Part shown: piece by piece, positions 9,768 to 17,900 of the stretch | Numbering within the stretch: the first letter of the stretch is position 1 | Layout of the letters: every line of letters starts with the position of its first letter | From: Candidatus Eiseniibacteriota bacterium | Lineage (GTDB): Bacteria; Eisenbacteria; RBG-16-71-46 | Length of the DNA stretch: 25,361 nt | Direction: 5' to 3' | NCBI GenBank assembly: GCA_031366795.1 | Contig: JANLOX010000025.1 | Span: forward strand, 1 to 25,361 | Translations under genes and position numbers: made by a program | Notes under the pieces: model-generated | Seen by the model: only the letters and a program-made list of their open reading frames with translations | What the model was told of the DNA's origin: nothing | Databases searched by the model: none

Positions 9768-11377
9768 CACTTACCTCCTTCGCGGACGGCTTGCGCATCG
9801 CGATTGAGCAGCACGCCGACCGTGCGGTTGCGCTTCACGAACGCGCCGTTCATTGCCTCCATCAGGTCTTGGGACCGAAGCCCCTGGGTGCGCTCCTGCT
9901 CGCGGAAGAACTCACGCCAGTCGCCATGCAGGGTCTGGGCATCGGCGAGTTCCGTGGCGAGCGAGCTGTTCGCTTCGACCGCATCGATCTTCGAGGCCTT
10001 TACGCGCACCTTGTAACCCGCGAGCTCATCCTGCGTGAACGGGTGCTGGCGCACGCTGTCGAGCGCGGCGTAGACCGCCTGCTCGACCCTCGCCGGATCC
10101 TGCCCCGAAGCGGGCACCACGAACAGCACCATCAGGCTCGGGTACTTGTCCCCCGGGAATCCCGGCTCCACATCGATGCGCGTGGCGATGCGCTGTTCCT
10201 TGATCAGCGTCTTCGTCAACCGAGCGTAGTCGCCTCCTGCGAGCAGGTCGCCGAGCGCTTCGAACGCGGCATAGCGCGGATCCGAGGCTGCGGGAATGTG
10301 CCAGCCGATCATGATCAGCGGTTGGCCCGCGTCTTCCAACGTGACGCGCCGCTCGGCGTGCTGCTCGGGCTCCACCGTGTCGAGCGGCGGAGGCTTGGGG
10401 GCATCGGAAATGTCGCTGAAGTACTGCATGGCGTAGCGCTTCACTTCATCGAGCGCCACGTCCCCGACCAGCGAGACCACCATGTTCTTCGCCACATAGT
10501 GCCGGCGGAAGAACGCCTTGCCCTGAGTGCGGCTGAAGGTCTTCAAGTCGGAGGGAAACCCGATGCCACCGAATCCATAAGGGTGCGCGGTGAACGCGGC
10601 ATTCGTGAACTCGAGCATCAAACGGCCGAACGGCGAGGACTCGTAGTTCATGCGCCGCTCTTCGTACACCACGTCACGCTCCTTGTAGAACTCGCGGAAC
10701 ACCGGGGATGTCATGCGGCTGCCCTCGAGCAGCGCCCACAACTCGAGGCGGTTCGAGGGCATTGAATAGAAGTACGAGGTGACGTCGTCGGAGGTCGAGG
10801 CGTTCATGTCGAGCCCGCCCGCCTGCTCGACCCACTTGCTGAACTCGTTCGGCACCACCACGGCGCGCGCGGCCTCCTCCGCCGACTGGAACGCGGAAGT
10901 CAGCCGCTTGAGCTGCGACGAATCAGCGCGCGCGCCCTTGCGTTGCTCGTCCAGCACGGCGGCCCATGCCGCATCTTCCGCCTCGAGCAGGGGCAGCTCC
11001 TTCGCATAATCGCGCGTGCCGATGCGCGGGGTGCCCTTGAACGCCATGTGCTCCATCATGTGCGCGAGCCCGATGGTGCCGGTCTGGTCGTTTGCCGAGC
11101 CCGCATCGACCACCGTCGTGAAGCTGAACACCGGCGCCTGGTGACGCTCCACCACGATGAAGCGCAGGCCATTGGGGAGCGTGAACTCCTTCACCTGCCG
11201 CTCGAGCGCTTCGAGCCCGGTGCGCGCGCGCGTGGTGGATCGCGTGGGGGCGGAATCCGTCGTTCCGGCCCGAGCGGCATGGGACGCGCGCGCGGACGCT
11301 TGGGGAACCACGGTGCCCGACAGCACCAGGACGATGCCGCACGGCAGCGCTGCGGCAAGCGGTGTTCGATACGGCAT
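9767..11377 (-). CDS. M16 (pitrilysin/insulinase) zinc peptidase, catalytic subunit, exported
   Basis: FTLPNGLRFIVVERH, GLAHMMEHMAFKGT (HXXEH at 11048-11062), NASTS.D.T.Y, ERDVVYEERR, HPYG...IG. Signal-like N-terminus. GAGGAG RBS 5 nt before ATG 11377. Confidence 0.95.
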   Translation of the reverse strand: MPYRTPLAAALPCGIVLVLSGTVVPQASARASHAARAGTTDSAPTRSTTRARTGLEALERQVKEFTLPNGLRFIVVERHQAPVFSFTTVVDAGSANDQTGTIGLAHMMEHMAFKGTPRIGTRDYAKELPLLEAEDAAWAAVLDEQRKGARADSSQLKRLTSAFQSAEEAARAVVVPNEFSKWVEQAGGLDMNASTSDDVTSYFYSMPSNRLELWALLEGSRMTSPVFREFYKERDVVYEERRMNYESSPFGRLMLEFTNAAFTAHPYGFGGIGFPSDLKTFSRTQGKAFFRRHYVAKNMVVSLVGDVALDEVKRYAMQYFSDISDAPKPPPLDTVEPEQHAERRVTLEDAGQPLIMIGWHIPAASDPRYAAFEALGDLLAGGDYARLTKTLIKEQRIATRIDVEPGFPGDKYPSLMVLFVVPASGQDPARVEQAVYAALDSVRQHPFTQDELAGYKVRVKASKIDAVEANSSLATELADAQTLHGDWREFFREQERTQGLRSQDLMEAMNGAFVKRNRTVGVLLNRDAQAVREGGK

Positions 11378-11584
11378 GGACACTCCTCGAGCGGGACGAT
11401 CGCGGTTGCTTAAGACGCGCGCGAATATTCCACCCGATCCGCCCGGCGGGCAACACCGGGCGGCCCCGGTACGACTCGTGATGCTTCGGCGAGGCGGCCC
11501 ACCGCGCGGGGCGCGGTCTCGCGGGCGCGCGTGGAGCAGGGCGCGGGCGCGCGGGGCGCGTGGAGCGGGCGCGCGCCGCGGAGG

Positions 11585-12241
11585 TCAGGCGGCTTTGCGC
11601 AGCGGCTCGTCCTCGTCCATCGCGTCGCCGCCGAACGCAGCCGCTTCGGCGTGATGCTTCCGCTCGGCAACCCACGCCGCGTAGTCCGCTTCGAACTGCG
11701 GCCTCGCGTCCGCCGTGCGCGCCGGCATCAGGGCATCCGCAGAACGGTCACCGCGCGCGCGCGCCAGCAATTCCGCGAGCGGAACGCCGGGCAGGGAGAC
11801 GAGCGTGTTGCCTTCGCGCGTCTCGATGCCGGTCCCCTTGAGCGTCGTGTGCGTACAGCGCGTGCCGTCCTCGTAGCGCGACACGATCTCGGCCCACACA
11901 CCTGCGAGCTCGTGCTCGTAGATGGCCGCGGACATGTCGTTGCCCGAATTCACGAGCAGCACGATACCGATGCCCGGCAGCTCATCGATGACGAAGGCGC
12001 CCACGATGGCGAAGCCTTCGGATAGCAGCCCTTCGCTCGCCGCGCGGACCAATTCGGGATGGTGGAACACTTCGCCATCCGGGCGCGACAGGTGAATCCG
12101 CTCGGGCAGCATCTCGATCGCCGCATCGCTGAAATTGACTTCCGCCGTCACGACCGTCTCCTGCGACGCCGACAGGTCATGGTCGCGAGACAGCAGCCCC
12201 ACGAGCACCACGGCAGTGAGTCCGACGAAGAAGATCAGCAT
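11585..12241 (-). CDS. Hypothetical protein with N-terminal membrane anchor (218 aa)
   Basis: AAGGA RBS before ATG 12241. MLIFFVGLTAVVLVGLL hydrophobic segment, then a globular-looking acidic domain ending LRKAA. Protein-like composition, unlike the shadow ORFs. Confidence 0.75.
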   Translation of the reverse strand: MLIFFVGLTAVVLVGLLSRDHDLSASQETVVTAEVNFSDAAIEMLPERIHLSRPDGEVFHHPELVRAASEGLLSEGFAIVGAFVIDELPGIGIVLLVNSGNDMSAAIYEHELAGVWAEIVSRYEDGTRCTHTTLKGTGIETREGNTLVSLPGVPLAELLARARGDRSADALMPARTADARPQFEADYAAWVAERKHHAEAAAFGGDAMDEDEPLRKAA

Positions 12242-12323
12242 TGCTAAGTCCTTGGAACGATGGTGGCGGAGCGGTCGGCCCGGAGTTCCCCGGGGAGCCG
12301 GGCATGAAACGGCTTCGCAGAGG

Positions 12324-12351
12324 TTATCGGCGGCCCACCCCACCGGCGTTA
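12324..12351 (-). promoter_or_regulatory. Putative sigma-28 (FliA/WhiG-family) promoter for the 11585-12241 gene
   Basis: Minus strand reads TAAC-N16-GCCGATAA versus consensus TAAA-N15/16-GCCGATAA. The -10 element is perfect and lies ~80 nt upstream of the ATG. Confidence 0.55.
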
Positions 12352-12354
12352 GCC

Positions 12355-12458
12355 GGGACCGCGACCGGGACCGCGCTGGAAGCGGGACCGCGTCGCATCC
12401 GCGCAGGGGTGTTCGCGCACGGATTCGCGCGGGGGTTCGCGCGGGGGTTCGCGCCGAG
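12355..12458. repeat. Intergenic short direct repeats (GGGACCGCG x3; 12-bp tandem RTTCGCGCNNNG x4)
   Basis: GGGACCGCG at 12355, 12367 and 12384. Tandem units gttcgcgcacgg / attcgcgcgggg / gttcgcgcgggg / gttcgcgccgag at 12411-12458. Confidence 0.8.
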
Positions 12459-12459
12459 G

Positions 12460-12488
12460 CTGCACGGACCGCACAATCCCGCTATGAT
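12460..12488 (+). promoter_or_regulatory. Possible sigma-70 promoter for sulfurtransferase-sufE
   Basis: CTGCAC-N17-TATGAT about 100 nt upstream of ATG 12588. The -35 is weak. Confidence 0.35.
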
Positions 12489-12587
12489 CGTGCTTCCCCC
12501 CTCGCGCACCGCAGCTGATGTTTGCAGCCGTGCGTGAGTGGCAAATCATGGCCAGCCCGCACCCCCAAGCATCCGGAGGCATCGTTC

Positions 12588-13462
<875 letters not shown>

Positions 13463-13466
<4 letters not shown>

Positions 13467-13909
13467 CATCGCCCACCATGCCGCCCCGGTTGCGGGAGCT
13501 GTTGCTCGACTTCGAGCCACTGCCCCGCACCGAGCGGATGGAGATGTTGATCGATTGGGCAGACCAGTTCGTCGAAGTGGATTCTGCGGTCGCGAGGCGG
13601 CCGTTCCCCGATCTCAGCCGGGCGCCGCGCTGCGAGTCTGATGCTTATGTGTTCGCGACCGACCGTGCGGACGGAACGGTGGATTTCCACTTCGCCGTCG
13701 AGAATCCACAGGGGCTCTCGGCGAAGGCGTGGGGCGCGATCCTCGCGAACACCGCCTCCGGCGCGCCGCTCGAGCAAGTCGCCGCGATCGATCCCGAAGC
13801 GATCTACCAGATCTTCGGCCGCGACCTGTCGATGGGCAAGGGCCAAGGATTGATGGGGATGCTCGAACTGGTGCAGTTCGAGACGCGCAAGCGGCTTAAG
13901 GCACGGTAG
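13463..13909 (+). CDS. sufE: SufE family sulfur-acceptor protein
   Basis: ATGA overlap with the sulfurtransferase stop. [23 protein letters not shown] (conserved Cys)..[12 protein letters not shown] matches the SufE/CsdE pattern. Confidence 0.8.
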
Positions 13910-13928
13910 AGCGCGCGGCACCCGATCG

Positions 13929-14765
13929 CTAACCGGTTGCGCCACCCGCCGGCGGCAGTAACAGCTTCTCGATCTCCCCCGACTTCGCCGCGCCTTCGAG
14001 TGCGGTGAAGGTCCCGAGCGTTGCAATTTCGTTCGCGGCGGCCAGGAACCCCGCCCATGCCGCGCGCGCCAACGCGCCGCCGACGCTGATACGGCGCGCG
14101 CCCAGGGCCGCGACCTCAGCAACCGTCGAGTAGTTGGCGCTCACGAGAATATTCACGGGGTGGGGCGCTACCGCTTTCACCACTGCGGCCATGTCGGCAG
14201 CGTTGCGCAGGCCCGGCGCGTAGAGGCATTCGGCGCCGGCCGCTGCATATGCGGTGAGCCGCCGGATCGTCTCCGCCATGTCCGGGCGGCCCACGATGAA
14301 GCCCTCCGAGCGCCCCGTCAGCACGATCCCCGATCCCGCCGCATCGAGCGCGCGGCGCGCGGCGCGAACGCGCGCGACGGCGTGTTCGAACTCGAACAGC
14401 GGTTTCGCCGAATCCCCCGTCGAGTCTTCGATCGACAACCCCGCCACTCCCGTCGCGACCGCCGCCGTCACGTGAGCGGCGACGCCGTCCGGATCGACTG
14501 CGAAGCCCCCTTCGAAGTCGGCGTTGACCGGAATGTCGACAGCACCCGCGATGTCCCGCATGTGTGACAGCGCCTGCTCGAGCGTGATCGCGTTGTCAGT
14601 GCGACCAATCGACCACGCGAAACCCGAACTTGTGGTGGCGAGCGCCTTGAAGCCCAGATGCGCGAGCGCCTTCGCGCTGCCGATATCCCAAGGGTTCGGG
14701 AGGACGAAGCAACCGGTTTCATGGAGGCGGCGAAACTTGGCGCAGTGATCGGAGGTGAGGGTCAT
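13929..14765 (-). CDS. Isocitrate lyase/PEP mutase superfamily protein
   Basis: FVLPNPWDIGSAKAL..GFKALATTSSGFAW, PVNADFEGGF, GLSIED, LTGRSE, RLTAYAAAGAECLYAPG, GARRISVGGAL. Lacks the KRCGH loop of true ICL/PrpB. Confidence 0.92.
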   Translation of the reverse strand: MTLTSDHCAKFRRLHETGCFVLPNPWDIGSAKALAHLGFKALATTSSGFAWSIGRTDNAITLEQALSHMRDIAGAVDIPVNADFEGGFAVDPDGVAAHVTAAVATGVAGLSIEDSTGDSAKPLFEFEHAVARVRAARRALDAAGSGIVLTGRSEGFIVGRPDMAETIRRLTAYAAAGAECLYAPGLRNAADMAAVVKAVAPHPVNILVSANYSTVAEVAALGARRISVGGALARAAWAGFLAAANEIATLGTFTALEGAAKSGEIEKLLLPPAGGATG

Positions 14766-14771
14766 CCGACG

Positions 14772-14801
14772 AGCCTAGCCGCGCAATGACCGCGGGCACA
14801 A
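14772..14801 (-). promoter_or_regulatory. Putative leaderless sigma-70 promoter of the ICL/PEPM gene
   Basis: Minus strand TTGTGC-N18-TAGGCT-N6-ATG with no Shine-Dalgarno. Confidence 0.5.
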
Positions 14802-14825
14802 TCTAGACCGACATCTAGACCGGAC
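14801..14825. repeat. Tandem direct repeat ATCTAGACCG(G)AC x2
   Basis: atctagaccgac (14801-14812) followed by atctagaccggac (14813-14825). Confidence 0.75.
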
Positions 14826-14906
14826 ATGCCGCGGCCCCCGCCACGCTGCTTTTGGCGAGTGCCGCCTGCATGCTGCCTCATGCCGGAGTTCCCGGTCGGG
14901 TCCGGC

Positions 14907-17900
14907 CTAACGCAGCTTCACCAACTTCGCGCGGATCTCCATGCGCGCGGTCCCGAGGCGGGCGAAGTACACGCCCGCTGCGACCGGCCGCCCATGCTCG
15001 TCCGCGCCATCCCAGTCGAACCGGTGCGCTCCCGCGCCCAGCACGCCCGACTGCAACGCGCGCACGCGACGGCCGCTCAAGTCGTACACGGCCAAGTCCA
15101 CCTCACCGCGCTCCGCCAGCGAGAACGTCACGCTCGAGCCCGCAAAGAACGGGTTCGGGCTGGCCGCCAGCCGGATGCTGTCGGTGGGCTTTGGCGCAGG
15201 CGCCGACAGTGCTTCCGAAGCATCGTAGGTCGAGGCGATCATCGTCGACGACACCGGCTCCATCACGCCGTCCCCATCGAGGTCCGCTTCGAGCAGGATC
15301 TCGTAGGGCGACACGGCGTCGTGCATCGAGTACGCCGCGCCCACCTCGATCGTGCCGCCGCCCGTGGGATCGGAAGGCTGGAACGTGCCGGTTACCGGCT
15401 CACCCGGCGGCAGGCCGTTCAGGCTCACCCGCACCGGATCGCCATCGCCGCTGGCGCCCATGTACACCGCGCTCACGCGCCACGGGAACGAAATGGGATC
15501 GCAAGGACCACCCACTCCGATCACGATCGGCGTGCCGATGGCGCCCGGCTGGATGCGGCCTGCCACACTGACCACGCCCGTCTGCGCCGGCGTCACGCAC
15601 CAGCAGGTGTTGTCGGCGCGGATGGCGCCGCTGCACATGTGCGACACCCCCGTCGCGTTGTTCACGAAGGTCAGCGCGTAGCACGACGTCGCGTTCTGCG
15701 CCGTCAGCCCCACGGCCCGCTGGATCGTTACGCAGATCGGCGCCGAGACGCCGCCCGCGCCGACGGTCACCGTTCCTGCCGGCGGCGAGAACAGCGTGGG
15801 GCCCGCGACCGTGCACCCGACACCCGTGGGCAAGCCCGCGAGCGACCAAGTGTAGGACTGCGGCGTTGCGGTGTTGTTGCAGATGGTGAAGCACACCTGC
15901 ACGGAAGTCTTGTCCTTGCAGATCGTCGTGATGGACGGCACGCGGCAATACTCGGGGCACTTGCCGATCACGCCCGCGTCGTAGATCGGCTTCACTTTCC
16001 CGATCGTGAGCGGCGAAGCGATGATCTCGAGCTCATCGAGCTTCCCCTGCAGCCCCGTGCCCGCCACAAACCCTGCGCCGCTCTGGCCGATGGTGAGGTC
16101 GGCGGTCGTCGACACGGAACCGGTGAGCGGAACGAACGGTCCGGTCGACAACGCCGCGCCATTCACGAACCACGTGCCGCTTGCCGCGGTGCGGTCGATC
16201 GACACGGCGAGGTGGGTCCAGGTGTTCGCCGTGAGCAACGGCCCAGCTACGACCTGCGTCGAAATGCCGTTGCCAATTTCAAGCGTCGCCTGCAAGCCAT
16301 TCAAGTACAGCGCCCAGCCCATCGTGCGGTAAGGCGAGGCGCCGATGAACTTGCGCTTCTCGACGATCGTGCGAACGCCCGTGCCCGGCGCGGGGTTCAC
16401 CCACGCGTCGATCGCGAAATCGCCAGCGCCGAAGTTGAGACCCGACTGGTTGGCGTTCGGCACCCGCAGGTAGTCCCCGGGGCCCGCGAGCGACAGCGCG
16501 TCCTTCACATAGCCGGTGAGGCTCAACGCCGCCGCGCCCTGGAACAGCGCGACGTTCTTCGCCGGGCTCGTGTGGATGACGTCGGTGGCACTCGTGGCTG
16601 TGGCGGGGTCATCGAAGGTCCACCACGCAGCCATGCCGGCCGGCGGCGGCGCGCAGGGAATGCCGCCCGCCGTCTCCAAGTAATTGCCGAAGTCACGATT
16701 GATGACGGCCTGCCCGGCCGCGAGGTTCACGGTGTAGATGCCGCCCGAAGGGGCCGTCTGCACCCAGCCCGGCTGCCCGACTTCGGACACTGTGTAGGCC
16801 CCCGCGAGCAGGCCGGTGAAGCAGTAGTCGCCCGACGCGCTGGTCGTCGTGGTGTAGGGCCCGCCCGGACCATTGAGCTGGATCGTCCAGCCCGCGATCC
16901 CGGCTTCGGTGCCTTCCTTCACGCCATTGTGGTTCACGTCCTTGTACTTCTTGCCGCAGATCGATCCCAGCACCTCACCCAAGTCCGGGCATCCGGGGGC
17001 TTCGATATCTCCCGTCAGCGTCTTGTCGCCATTCGTGACGTTGCCGTCCGAGTCGAGCAGGATGCTGTTGACGTTCGTGCCGTTCGTATTGGGGCGCAGG
17101 CCCTGGTAGCCATAGACCGTGTCGAGATAGAAGCCGCCCAGGTGCAGCGCGTCGCCGGTCGCCCAGGCGCGGCCGATCACTCCGCCACCGTAAGCATGCC
17201 GGTCGTAGTCGACACCGCCACTCGCGTTGGTCTGGTTACCGTAGTCGCCGATCATGTAGACGTTGCCCGGCGTCCAGCAGCCGGCGTTGCACACATACTC
17301 GAGCGCGCGCGCCGAGTGCGGCGCCGTCATCGTCTCCGTGTAGATACCTCGCTCACCGCACAGCATGCGGCCGCTCGCCGAGAAGCTGATGTCGGCCACG
17401 GGCATCGAGCGATAGTTGGCAGAACCACCACCACCGCCGGAGTTGCTGTAGGGAAACGGCGGCAGGAAGAACTCGTGCTGGTCCGACGACGGATCGATCG
17501 CGCCCGCGGGGAACAGCGCCACACTGCGAATCTCGTTGAGCCCCGCGGAGGCGCTGGCGTCCTGGCGCCACACCGAGTAGTAGACGCGGTCGCCATGCCA
17601 CTGAATGCCCCACAGCCGTTCGCCGAGCGGAGCCCAACCGGGCAGGCCGTTGTCGGGCGTCATGGGATCAAACGTCTGCACCACTGTGCCGGTGGGACCA
17701 TTCACCCCAACGGGCTGGATCCGGTAGATCTTTCCATCTTCGAGGTTGGTGACGAAGAACTGGTGGTGACGGCAGTCGTAAGTGATGTTGCCCAGACCCG
17801 GATAGTCATCTCCCGCAGCGAAGCCGGTGACGACGGGGTCAATGACGTTGGGCAGCACGCAGAATGTCTTGATGGCGCCCGTCACGCTGTCGAGCCGGTA

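Noticed and set aside
390..10765. Long antisense ORFs (390-1406, 1437-2792, 2931-4103, 4875-5786, 6675-7979, 9111-10016, 9791-10765)
   Set aside because: All lie opposite clearly identifiable genes and lack RBSs or family motifs, so they are shadow ORFs.
12355..12458. Possible CRISPR array or iterons
   Set aside because: The units are 9-12 bp and largely tandem, with no unique spacers and no cas or rep genes nearby.
12241..12537. 98-aa ORF with (G)FAR repeats in the divergent intergenic region
   Set aside because: The peptide repeats simply translate the 12-bp DNA repeat, and the ORF overlaps putative promoters. A short peptide from ATG 12304 cannot be fully excluded, but nothing supports it.
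13929..14765. Calling the gene aceA or prpB
   Set aside because: The catalytic KKCGH/KRCGH loop is absent, so only superfamily membership is supported.
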